Under the pieces are notes generated by a model, which ran no database searches, was not told the origin of the DNA, and was given only the letters and a program-made list of their open reading frames with translations. DNA of 64,000 nucleotides from Candidatus Magasanikiibacteriota bacterium. GTDB taxonomy: Bacteria; Patescibacteriota; Patescibacteriia; Magasanikbacterales; GWA2-37-8. The translations under genes were made by a program, and so were the position numbers. Where the stretch lies: NCBI GenBank assembly GCA_016182085.1, contig JACOYB010000005.1, positions 1,013 through 65,012 on the forward strand, given 5' to 3'. Of the stretch, positions 55,653 to 64,000 are shown piece by piece; within the stretch, counting starts at the first letter, position 1, and the number at the start of each line of letters is the position of its first letter.

Positions 55653-55688
55653 TTGACAATAATGGGATTTTGTATTATATTTATCAGG
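55653..55688 (+). promoter_or_regulatory. Candidate sigma70 promoter for rpmA
   Basis: TTGACA is followed by a 17-nt spacer and TATATT, about 40 nt upstream of the rpmA ATG. Confidence 0.4.
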
Positions 55689-55720
55689 TAAAACTTCATT
55701 TCTCTAACTTATAAACCCGT

Positions 55721-55996
55721 ATGTCTCATAAAAAAGCAGGTGGTTCTACCCGGCTCGGACGTGATTCTACCTCTCAACGGCTTGGCGTTAAATTGCATGA
55801 TGGACAGGCTGTGCAAAAAGGCATGATAATCATACGTCAACGCGGTACTAAATTTCACCCAGGAAAAAACGTAAAACGAGCTGGCGATGACACAATTTTT
55901 GCCATGGCTGACGGCAAAGTTAAATTTTCCCAGCATAAACGACGCCGCTTTGATGGCAGTATGAAAATGGCAAAATTCGTAAACGTGGTAGCCTAA
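55721..55996 (+). CDS. rpmA: Ribosomal protein L27
   Basis: [24 protein letters not shown] is the L27 N-terminus. There is no rplU upstream. Confidence 0.9.
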   Translation: MSHKKAGGSTRLGRDSTSQRLGVKLHDGQAVQKGMIIIRQRGTKFHPGKNVKRAGDDTIFAMADGKVKFSQHKRRRFDGSMKMAKFVNVVA

Positions 55997-56004
55997 TATT
56001 ATAA

Positions 56005-56045
56005 CCTATAAAACAAAAACCCTCCTAAGTTAGGAGGGTTTTTGT
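56005..56045. terminator. Bidirectional hairpin terminator between rpmA (+) and the epimerase gene (-)
   Basis: AAACCCTCCTAAGTTAGGAGGGTTT is flanked by T-runs on both strands. Confidence 0.65.
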
Positions 56046-56046
56046 T

Positions 56047-56961
56047 TTATAGGCCCCACTGTTTTTTTAGTTCAGCAACACCATCTTTTAACTGTATGGT
56101 CGGCTCCCAACCAAGAAGTTTTTTTGCTTTGGAATAATCGGCTTCGGTTTTTTGCATCTCTCCCGGCAGAGCTGGAACATATTCCACCGGACCGCCTATC
56201 AATTCTGCGAGCTCATTTACTGATACGGAATGGCCATTGCCAACATTTAACACTTCGCCGTGGCCTACCGTATCTTTAGTCATAGCCAACATATTGGCAT
56301 GCACCACATCATCCACGTGAGTATAGTCCCTTCTCATTTCCCCATCGCCTCTAATTGTCAGCGGTTTTCCTTCTTTTCGCAATTTTAGAAACCTGCCGAT
56401 AACAAGCGCGTAGGCTCCTTCCGGATCCAAATACGGACCGTAGACATTATAATAACACAAACTAACCGTCTCTACGCCATAGAGTTCCCAAAATAAACGG
56501 CAATACTCTTCGCCAATAAACTTATGCAACGCATATGGACTGAGCGGCTTCTTTACCACGCCATCTTCTACAAAAGGAATGGTGGGTTGATTACCATAGG
56601 CTGAAGACGAAGTTGCAAACACTACTCTTTTTATTTTATGGTTTCGAGCAGCCAGAAGCACATTTAACGTACCGTTGACGTTTGTGTCATGAGTTTCCAG
56701 CGGATTTTCTACGGAAAATAAAACCCTGGGCAGGGCTGCTAAATGAAATATGCCATCAAAACCCTGGGCGCAGACTTTGTCCAGATCTTCCATCTTTCGT
56801 ATATCTCCTTCAAAATATGTTGCGCCTTCCTGCATGCGATCTTCTTTTTTCCCCGCCGCATAATTATCTACAACAGTTACGATATGGCCTAGAGCCAAAA
56901 GTTTTTTTACGATATTTGTGCCAATAAAACCAGCTCCGCCGGTAACAAGATATTTTGACAT
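56047..56961 (-). CDS. NAD-dependent sugar epimerase/dehydratase (GalE-like)
   Basis: [12 protein letters not shown] and YxxxK are present. The MSKYLVTGG start was chosen. Confidence 0.7.
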   Translation of the reverse strand: MSKYLVTGGAGFIGTNIVKKLLALGHIVTVVDNYAAGKKEDRMQEGATYFEGDIRKMEDLDKVCAQGFDGIFHLAALPRVLFSVENPLETHDTNVNGTLNVLLAARNHKIKRVVFATSSSAYGNQPTIPFVEDGVVKKPLSPYALHKFIGEEYCRLFWELYGVETVSLCYYNVYGPYLDPEGAYALVIGRFLKLRKEGKPLTIRGDGEMRRDYTHVDDVVHANMLAMTKDTVGHGEVLNVGNGHSVSVNELAELIGGPVEYVPALPGEMQKTEADYSKAKKLLGWEPTIQLKDGVAELKKQWGL

Positions 56962-56965
56962 ATAT

Positions 56966-58369
56966 TTAAATACTTCCTTTAAAAAATGGGGAACCAACCG
57001 CGATTATACTATAGCCCTTTTTTGCCAGGTCCACAAACTGATCCTGAACCATGCGGCGACCATCCATGATTAAATACGGTGCCGGACAAATCTTCGCTAC
57101 TTTTTCCCCGACCAACCGGAATTGAGGCCAGTCTGTTAAAATTAAACATGCTTGACTCGACTCGAGCGCGTCTTCTTCGCTTTCGTGATAACTTATTCTT
57201 TCATACCTGGAATCGGCTGGCGGCAAAAATGCTTTAAACATGGGCGCAGCTACCGGATCATAAATTTTAATCTGAGCCACCCCGTCATCAATAAGATGGT
57301 TAACAATATCAAAGGCCGGAGAATTTCTCACATCGTTAGTGTTTTGTTTAAAAGCCACACCGAGCACGGCCACGGTTTTTCCTGCCCAAGAAAACCCGGC
57401 TTCTTTTTGCGCGCGGCTATAGAAATGATCGCGCTGAAACCTGTTTTCTTCTAGTGTTAAACGAACTTGATGAGCTGTGCCTCCAACTTCTTCTATCTGG
57501 TGAGCTAGTGAAGCCGCGTCTTTAATAAAACAACTGCCGCCCGCGTACACGCTGTCATAAAATCCCCAGCCGCCTATCCTCTCATCGCTCATCAGTATTT
57601 TACGAACATTTTCAAATTTAATATTATCAAATATTTCACAGACCCTGCCCACCACGCTAAACGTGTTAGCCAGCCTGGAAAACAGTAAGTAGTTTGCCAA
57701 AAGTTTGCTAGCTGCGGCCTCGTATGGATTGACTTCAATATATTTGACGCCCGTAGAATTATAAAAACGAGCGTATACCATGCGCATGACTTTAAAGTCA
57801 TCCTCTTTTTCCGCTCCGATAACAACTCTATCCGGACGAGCCGATCCTTCTACCGCCTTACCTTCTACCAAAAATTCCGGATTAGAAACCACGCCGAAAT
57901 TTATGACTCCATGTGATTTCATAATTGTTTCAGTTTCATTCATCATACGTATTGGCACGGTACTCTTATTTACAATGACTACGTATTTCGTTTGCCCACC
58001 ACCATTTCTCTTTGCCAAATTTTCGGCCAGAGTTTGCGCGGCCTGATAATAATAAGAGAGATCAGAACTTCCTTCGGCACCCATCTTTTCCGGAGTCGGC
58101 AAACACATAAAAATCGCGTCTGCTTCGTCAAGCGCGCCAATAACCTTGGCGTAATCATGAGTAAATTCAATTCTATTTTTATTTTTTACCAAAAGATCCC
58201 CTAGGCTGGGTTCAAACAAACAGGATTCAACTGTCTGCGCATTTGCCGAACCAAGCATCTCAATTTTTTTCTGATCAACATCGTATAATAAAACATCATG
58301 GCCGGCTTCCGCCATCACTCCTCCCGAACAAGCACCCACAAAACCAGCGCCAATATATATTAATTTCAT
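56966..58369 (-). CDS. ugd: UDP-glucose 6-dehydrogenase
   Basis: The N-terminal IGAGFVGACSG, the catalytic Cys region (GGSCFIKD) and the three-domain UDPGDH layout are present. Confidence 0.8.
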   Translation of the reverse strand: MKLIYIGAGFVGACSGGVMAEAGHDVLLYDVDQKKIEMLGSANAQTVESCLFEPSLGDLLVKNKNRIEFTHDYAKVIGALDEADAIFMCLPTPEKMGAEGSSDLSYYYQAAQTLAENLAKRNGGGQTKYVVIVNKSTVPIRMMNETETIMKSHGVINFGVVSNPEFLVEGKAVEGSARPDRVVIGAEKEDDFKVMRMVYARFYNSTGVKYIEVNPYEAAASKLLANYLLFSRLANTFSVVGRVCEIFDNIKFENVRKILMSDERIGGWGFYDSVYAGGSCFIKDAASLAHQIEEVGGTAHQVRLTLEENRFQRDHFYSRAQKEAGFSWAGKTVAVLGVAFKQNTNDVRNSPAFDIVNHLIDDGVAQIKIYDPVAAPMFKAFLPPADSRYERISYHESEEDALESSQACLILTDWPQFRLVGEKVAKICPAPYLIMDGRRMVQDQFVDLAKKGYSIIAVGSPFFKGSI

Positions 58370-58382
58370 AATTCATCAATAA

Positions 58383-59321
58383 CTAAATTTTTGATTTAAA
58401 ATACTCTATGGTTTTTAACAATCCCGTTTCCAAATTTATTTTCGGCTCCCAACCGAGCGCTTGTTTTGCCATACGTATATCCGGACAGCGTCGAGTTGGA
58501 TCATCAGTTGGCAGTTCTTTATATACCACTCTGCTGCTTGAGCCGGTTAACTTTAAAATTAACTCCGCAATTTCTTTAATAGAAACCTCATTTGGATTTC
58601 CTAAATTTACGGGGCCGGTAAAATCGTTCGACGTTGCCATAGTTTGCATCATACCGTCAACCAGATCATCTACATAACAAAAACTTCTGGTCTGGCTGCC
58701 ATCCCCCTGGATGGTAATATCCTGGTTAGTTAAAGCTTGGACAATAAAATTTGATATTACCCGACCGTCGTCTTTAGACATGTGCGTGCCATATGTATTA
58801 AAAATTCTGACTACTTTTATATTTAATCCATGCGAACGGCGGTATTCAAAAAATAACGCTTCCGCGCAACGCTTCCCTTCATCGTAACAAGCTCTGGGCC
58901 CAATACTGCTTACATTGCCGCGATACTGTTCCGTTTGCGGATGTTCCAGCGGTTCACCGTAAATTTCAGAAGTAGAGGCTTGCAATACTTTTGCTTTAAT
59001 GGCCTTGGCAAAACCGAGCGTGTTAATTACACCCAGCGTATTAACTTTAATTGTTCTAATGGCATTTTTTTGATAATGAATGGGCGATGCCGGACAGGCA
59101 AGATTATATATCTCATCAACCGGTTCGTTAATAGTAATTGGATCAATAATATCGTGTTCAACAAAAATAAAAAGTGGATTGTCAAACAAACGCTCAATAT
59201 TATCCTTAGAACCCGTCAAAAAATTATCCAGACAAATTACTTTATTTCCCTCATTCAAAAGACGCTGGCATAAATGCGAGCCGATAAACCCTGCCCCGCC
59301 GGTAACTAAGATTCTTTTCAT
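58383..59321 (-). CDS. uxs: UDP-glucuronate decarboxylase (UDP-xylose synthase)
   Basis: [34 protein letters not shown] matches the UXS N-terminal signature. The protein is 312 aa and lies immediately downstream of ugd. Confidence 0.7.
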   Translation of the reverse strand: MKRILVTGGAGFIGSHLCQRLLNEGNKVICLDNFLTGSKDNIERLFDNPLFIFVEHDIIDPITINEPVDEIYNLACPASPIHYQKNAIRTIKVNTLGVINTLGFAKAIKAKVLQASTSEIYGEPLEHPQTEQYRGNVSSIGPRACYDEGKRCAEALFFEYRRSHGLNIKVVRIFNTYGTHMSKDDGRVISNFIVQALTNQDITIQGDGSQTRSFCYVDDLVDGMMQTMATSNDFTGPVNLGNPNEVSIKEIAELILKLTGSSSRVVYKELPTDDPTRRCPDIRMAKQALGWEPKINLETGLLKTIEYFKSKI

Positions 59322-59326
59322 ACCGG

Positions 59327-60184
59327 TTATTTTAGATAGTTGATTAGTAGCGCAATCGCCATTCTCACTTTTATTCCCATCCAGATTATTAGATTTAAAA
59401 TAATATTGTGTTGGTTATAAAAATGTTTTCTATAATACAGCCACATGGCTTCATAAAAATTGATAAGGGATTTTACCCAGCGTTTCCCGCTACTTTGGCC
59501 GCCAAAATGAATTATTTTTGCTTCACTAACATACACTGTTTTCCACCCTTTATCAAGTACCCGTTTGCAAAAATCGAGATCTTCCCCGTACATAAAGAAT
59601 GTCTCATCAAACCCGCCTATTTGCTCATACACAGCCTTGCGAAACATCATCGCCGCTCCTGATAGGGCCTGTGCCGGACCGGTAACTTCCGGATCAGCTA
59701 AATACTGTTTATAGTCGGTTACAAATTTACTATTTTTAAAAATTTTAGTCAGCCCAAATAAGTGAAAAAATGAGTTTGTCGGGTTGGGCAGCATGCGGCG
59801 GCAGACGTGTTGAAAAGTTAAATCCCTATTTAACAGCCTTGGGCCAACCATCATCACGTCCGCATGGGTATCTAAGTAATTCACTAATTTTTCTATGGCA
59901 TGATCCAGCACAACTACATCCGTATTTAAAAACATCAAATAATCGCCTTTGGCGATTTTCAACCCCTGATTATTGGCTTTGCCAAAACCGCGATTATCCG
60001 AATTTTCAATCAAAATAACTTGCGGAAATTCTTTTTTAATCATTTCCACGCTGCCATCTTGAGAGTTATTATCTACCACGATCACTTCAAATTCTATATT
60101 CCTAGTTTCTTTATAAATAGAAACAAGCGCATCCCTGGTTATATCCCGTGTTTTCCAATTCACCAAAATAACGGAGAGTTTCAT
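59327..60184 (-). CDS. GT2 glycosyltransferase
   Basis: [21 protein letters not shown] and GFGKANNQG are present. The start codon is directly preceded by a dispersed-repeat copy. Confidence 0.7.
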   Translation of the reverse strand: MKLSVILVNWKTRDITRDALVSIYKETRNIEFEVIVVDNNSQDGSVEMIKKEFPQVILIENSDNRGFGKANNQGLKIAKGDYLMFLNTDVVVLDHAIEKLVNYLDTHADVMMVGPRLLNRDLTFQHVCRRMLPNPTNSFFHLFGLTKIFKNSKFVTDYKQYLADPEVTGPAQALSGAAMMFRKAVYEQIGGFDETFFMYGEDLDFCKRVLDKGWKTVYVSEAKIIHFGGQSSGKRWVKSLINFYEAMWLYYRKHFYNQHNIILNLIIWMGIKVRMAIALLINYLK

Positions 60185-60310
60185 ATACGAAATGAGTGAG
60201 AGAAATAGCCGGTGAGATATTTATAACTCGCAAGCGGTTATAAATATTGAACCCGGATATTTCCGAGTGAATGAGTATATATGGGCTTTAGCCCATATAA
60301 TCGAAATGAA
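60181..60310 (+). repeat. Dispersed repeat family, copy f (abuts the GT2 start)
   Basis: CATATACGAAATGAGTGAG, a hairpin (ATATTTATAAC..GTTATAAATAT), then CGAGTGAATGAGTATATATGGGCTTTAGCCCATATAATCG. Confidence 0.7.
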
Positions 60311-60319
60311 TAAATAAAA

Positions 60320-61288
60320 CTAGCATGGTTTAAATGTGATTTTGCCTGTTTTCCGCTCATAAACACCGACCGGCCAGCCAGACATTTTAGCAATATCACC
60401 AAAGGCCACAATGAAAGGCAATAAAATAAATCCAATAATTTTACCGGGCAAAGAAAATTTTTCGGAAAACACCAGCCATCTTTTGCCAAACTTTCTCATA
60501 TAATCAACTTGGCCAAGCAAAATTATTACCGCAAACCACCAGCTTACCGTGAGTGTTAAATACAAAAAAATCAAATTCAGGGAATAAAAAATATATCTGA
60601 CCATCTGACGATAAAACCACAGCTTGCCATGGCCATCGCTTCGGGTATAGCCAAACAACTGTTTAAAATACGCTTTTAAATTTGTGCGCGGACGCCAGAA
60701 AACCAAGGCTTCGCGCACATATTCGGGCTTTATTCCGGATTTAAAAATCTTAAGATCAAAAACCACGTCTTCGCAGAGCGGAATCCACTGCGGATAGCCG
60801 CCGACTTTCTGCCACACATCTTTTTTAAAAGCTACAGATCGGCTAGAAGGCAGCCAATCACGCTTAAACTCAATGGGGGCTGGAATTGTGGCCGCCGCTA
60901 TTAGTCGTGTTAATAAATTGTCGTGTTCTTTAAACCACGGGCCAAAGCCGGTTGCCGCAAACATACTCCGACCTGACAGGAGCGGTTCGGTAATTTTTTT
61001 AAACCAGTCTTTATCGTAATTGCACCCGGCATCAGTCACTACAATTATATCACCCGCTGCCTTGGAGATCGCAAAGTTTCTTCCCATTGATATATTACCG
61101 GGGTGTTGCCATACGTTAATTATGGCATGTTCTTTGCTTTTTTTCTGAAGCATTTCCCACGTACCATCGGTGGAACCGCCATCAACAATAATTACCTCGT
61201 CCGGCAAAACATTTTGAGATAAAATACCATCCAGCCAATCCGGCAAATTGTGCTGTTCGTTCAAAACAGTGGCTACTAATGAAACCAT
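60320..61288 (-). CDS. GT2 glycosyltransferase with C-terminal TM helices
   Basis: VIIVDGGSTDGT and DAGC are present, with C-terminal hydrophobic helices. Confidence 0.65.
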   Translation of the reverse strand: MVSLVATVLNEQHNLPDWLDGILSQNVLPDEVIIVDGGSTDGTWEMLQKKSKEHAIINVWQHPGNISMGRNFAISKAAGDIIVVTDAGCNYDKDWFKKITEPLLSGRSMFAATGFGPWFKEHDNLLTRLIAAATIPAPIEFKRDWLPSSRSVAFKKDVWQKVGGYPQWIPLCEDVVFDLKIFKSGIKPEYVREALVFWRPRTNLKAYFKQLFGYTRSDGHGKLWFYRQMVRYIFYSLNLIFLYLTLTVSWWFAVIILLGQVDYMRKFGKRWLVFSEKFSLPGKIIGFILLPFIVAFGDIAKMSGWPVGVYERKTGKITFKPC

Positions 61289-61292
61289 ACAA

Positions 61293-62168
61293 TTATAATT
61301 TTTCTTTAAATTTTTTTACAAAGATGCTGATACTCCCGAATAAAAACACTTCCGCCATAATCGCAAAACGTCGCCAGCCAGTATAATTTTTTTTCACAAA
61401 TTTAATCAGGCTTTCTTGAAATAATTGCAATCTTCTAGGATCGTATTTTGTCTTGAAACTGCCGCCATACACATGCATTACCGGTTCGCAATTAATCGCC
61501 TGTATTTTCCAACCGGCCTTTTTCATGCGATAGCACATGTCCGTCTCCTCAAAATACATAAAGTAATCCTCCGGCATAAGACCCACTTCATCCAGCGCTT
61601 TTCTGCGAAGCAAAGACGCGGCCCCAGTGACATAATCCAAATCAAGAGCTTTGTCAGGTAGAGGCCGCGGAAAAACAGCTATGGATTTTAATTGGCGGCG
61701 CCATGATTTGGGAATAAAAAATACAAATGGCAATAAGTAATAAAACACATTCGCAATCGATGGAAAATAACCGCCTACGGACTGAAATTCTCTCGTAGGA
61801 TAGACCATCTGCGGGCCGAGCGCGCCTACTTCCGGGTGTTGTTCCATATATTCTAACAACTGTTGCAGGCTGTGTTTGCCGGTTTCCGTATCGCTATTTA
61901 ACAGCCAAACATATGGCTGATTGACATACGTTTTAATACCCAAATTATTGCCTTTGGCAAAACCCAAGTTTTCTTTACTTTCAATAAGCAGAACGTGCGG
62001 AAATTCTTCCTTTATCATTTGGGCGCTGCCGTCTTGGGAATTATTATCTACCACAATAACTTGTTCCGGCAGTCTACTCGAATTATACAAGGCCTGAAGC
62101 GCCTTGCGAGTAAGATCTTTTGTGTTAAAGCTCACGATAATTACTGAAACGGGGAGTTTATTTTCCAT
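61293..62168 (-). CDS. GT2 glycosyltransferase
   Basis: [22 protein letters not shown] and NLGFAKGNN are present. Confidence 0.7.
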   Translation of the reverse strand: MENKLPVSVIIVSFNTKDLTRKALQALYNSSRLPEQVIVVDNNSQDGSAQMIKEEFPHVLLIESKENLGFAKGNNLGIKTYVNQPYVWLLNSDTETGKHSLQQLLEYMEQHPEVGALGPQMVYPTREFQSVGGYFPSIANVFYYLLPFVFFIPKSWRRQLKSIAVFPRPLPDKALDLDYVTGAASLLRRKALDEVGLMPEDYFMYFEETDMCYRMKKAGWKIQAINCEPVMHVYGGSFKTKYDPRRLQLFQESLIKFVKKNYTGWRRFAIMAEVFLFGSISIFVKKFKEKL

Positions 62169-62214
62169 AACTTCTAAAACTTAGAAGATTTAGTGTTTTA
62201 AGTTTGGCATCTTT

Positions 62215-64000
62215 TTACTCCTTAGTCAACAAATAAACCTCATATTTATACTCATAGCTTTGTCTACCGGTAATCCTTTGCTTTAATTGTAGCAGGGTTT
62301 TATCTATAGGTACGGACTTAAACTGGCTGCTCATAACAAACCCTTCGGGAATTTTATCTTCGGCAGTTGCAGATGGATAGGCGCTATCGCCATCAGACCC
62401 GGTCGCAAAAAACCAAAATCGTTCGCCTGTATCAAATTTTACGGGTGGCAAATTATATATGAAAACTGGTTTTAAATTTTTAAAATAACTATTTTTATAA
62501 AAATTATATACGCCAATATTTGCATCGCCATTAATAATCAAATAATCGCCCGCTCTGGAATTGCTTTCCACGAACTCAAAAGATTTAAAACTATTAAAGT
62601 AGCTGCCATTTAGATAATTTGTTGATCCGTAGAAATTTTGCAGTCCGTACATTGATATTCCGGTTATAGCCGCTACTACCAGCCATTTGATTTTAAAATT
62701 TTCTATTTGCCAAATAAGGGCGCTTATTAAAATAATAAACAACGGAAAAGCCGCGAAAGCGTATTTTGGGAAAACTATAAAATTATATCTTGGATCAGCG
62801 TAATTGAGGAAGGTGGTATTTAAAATAACTAACGAAAAAAATAAATATAATAACAGGTTGAAGTTGGGCGATAATTTTTTCTTATAAACGCCTCTGATCA
62901 AAACAAACAAAAGCCCCCCAGCCGCTAAAACGCCGGCTGCAAAAGGCGCCACATTCCACGGAAAAATATTTTCACCGAAAAAATAGGCATAAAAATGCAT
63001 GGAAAAATCGGCCAGCCTGTCCGTAAGCGATCCGCCAAGCAGCCCTTCTTTTTCAAACCCCTTATCATTTTGATGAAAAACTCGCAGATAAAATAAATAA
63101 ACTATCGGCAAAAATAGAGCCGCGACCGCCAGCTGGCCGCTCACCCATTTTTTAATCCCAAAAACATCAAACTTTTTTATTAATTTTTTATAAAAATAAA
63201 ATAAGTTAGTAATGACTGTCAAATAAATAAAGTGCGGTAAATCCGTATACGCCACCAGCAGCGCCAAGACTAAAAATTTTATAAAATATTTTTTATTATA
63301 GCCTTCTATAAAAATTTTAGAGAAATAATATAAACTTGCCAAAGTCAAAAACGCGGCTAAACTATGATACCTGGCCATCTGTGAAATCAAAATAAAGTAA
63401 GAAGAAATTATTGTTAAAAACATGGCTAATCGGGCCACAGACTTATTTTTAAACAATAAAATTGAAAAGCTATAAACCAGAGCTGTTATCCCCAAACCTG
63501 ATAATACCGAAACCAGCCGAATTCCAAATTCGCCCCATGGCGCTATTTTATATAAAGCAATCACTAAAAAATAATATAAAGGAGGGTGGTTGTCCGGAGT
63601 GCGAAAATACTGAACTATAAAATCAAACGGATTTGGAGTTAGATACATATACTCTAAGACCGCCGTTTCATCCATCCAGAACGTTCTCGCCCCTACTCTA
63701 TACAAAAGTAAACCCGCGGCAAAAATAAACAGCAATAGAAAATAAAGCCTATCTTTAGAAGTTGTAAAATATTGATATAGCCTATAGCAAGCGTATTTAA
63801 CTAATTGCCCAAAAAATAACAGGTACTCTGCATAATTTAACTTGGAAGCGCTGAATTTACGCATTCTAAAGACAAATGGAACTTCTTTTACCTTAGAAAA
63901 TTTACCTTTGACCAATATTTCCAATAAAATTTTATAGCCTTTGGTCTTTAAATCAACACCTTCAATCACTTTTTTATTAAGGAAAAAGTATCCGCTGAGC
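62215..64000 (-). CDS. GT2 (DPM-synthase-like) C-terminus fused to a GT39/GT83 (PMT/ArnT-like) polytopic glycosyltransferase. The 5' end lies beyond the window.
   Basis: No in-frame stop occurs up to 64000. The translated 5' part (...GYKILLEIL..KVKEVPFVFRMRKFSASKL) is the typical C-terminus of polyprenol-phosphate glycosyltransferases. It is followed by ~12 TM helices carrying a DE-type motif (WMDETAV). Confidence 0.55.
   Translation of the reverse strand, partial: LSGYFFLNKKVIEGVDLKTKGYKILLEILVKGKFSKVKEVPFVFRMRKFSASKLNYAEYLLFFGQLVKYACYRLYQYFTTSKDRLYFLLLFIFAAGLLLYRVGARTFWMDETAVLEYMYLTPNPFDFIVQYFRTPDNHPPLYYFLVIALYKIAPWGEFGIRLVSVLSGLGITALVYSFSILLFKNKSVARLAMFLTIISSYFILISQMARYHSLAAFLTLASLYYFSKIFIEGYNKKYFIKFLVLALLVAYTDLPHFIYLTVITNLFYFYKKLIKKFDVFGIKKWVSGQLAVAALFLPIVYLFYLRVFHQNDKGFEKEGLLGGSLTDRLADFSMHFYAYFFGENIFPWNVAPFAAGVLAAGGLLFVLIRGVYKKKLSPNFNLLLYLFFSLVILNTTFLNYADPRYNFIVFPKYAFAAFPLFIILISALIWQIENFKIKWLVVAAITGISMYGLQNFYGSTNYLNGSYFNSFKSFEFVESNSRAGDYLIINGDANIGVYNFYKNSYFKNLKPVFIYNLPPVKFDTGERFWFFATGSDGDSAYPSATAEDKIPEGFVMSSQFKSVPIDKTLLQLKQRITGRQSYEYKYEVYLLTKE

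Overview
This 64-kb window comes from a low-GC genome, roughly 38-40% by eye. Almost every gene is on the minus strand, genes are tightly packed and Shine-Dalgarno sequences are mostly absent. Several features point to a Patescibacteria/CPR-like organism, but this is inference only: an archaeal-type UMP kinase, rplJ-rplL without rplK-rplA upstream, many family-2 glycosyltransferases (GT2), and a cohesin/dockerin protein pair.

The window divides into six regions.

(1) Positions ~920-11,700 hold a mobile defense island. A single same-strand operon carries hsdM (with an N-terminal MerR-like HTH), a DinD-like gene, a TIR-like DUF1863 gene, a 2TM+Macro-like gene (type II Thoeris-like), hsdS, hsdR and a YgjP-like metallohydrolase gene. 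The cargo is bracketed by ~165-bp inverted repeats. These repeats carry remnants of the 3' coding end of a large serine recombinase. An intact copy of that recombinase sits next to the island and overlaps tRNA-Trp.

(2) Positions 11,635-12,420 hold a tRNA/rpmG cluster (Trp, Thr, Tyr, Thr) plus a disrupted tRNA-Thr copy carrying two hairpin insertions.

(3) Positions 12.4-20.5 kb are housekeeping genes: a TPR protein, tpiA, an M16 peptidase, glyQS, frr, a BNR lipoprotein and holB.

(4) Positions 20.5-30 kb hold two PAS histidine kinases and two receiver-only response regulators. They flank a membrane-anchored cohesin protein and a large BNR/FN3 protein that ends in a type-I dockerin.

(5) Positions 30-42 kb hold mreB, a processive GT2 synthase (QxxRW motif), a tsaB-like gene, rplJ-rplL, a UMP kinase, an S2P protease, rpmB and tRNA-Pro.

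(6) Positions 43.9-64 kb are a large surface-glycan locus. It contains a sugar-1-phosphate nucleotidyltransferase, rmlB, an rmlD-like gene, ugd, a UDP-xylose synthase, a GalE-like epimerase, nine GT2 genes and a GT2-GT39/83 fusion that runs off the window. rodA/ftsW and rpmA sit inside it.

Two short high-GC islands (~60% GC, at 42.86-43.76 kb and 49.9-50.6 kb) carry small Shine-Dalgarno-bearing genes and look foreign. A ~100-nt dispersed intergenic repeat family (GAAATGAGTGAG ... GAATGAGTATATATGGGCTTTAGCCC) recurs six times, and four copies abut start codons. Two r-protein genes absent from the ORF track are recovered: rpmG (L33) and rpmB (L28). No CRISPR array is present.
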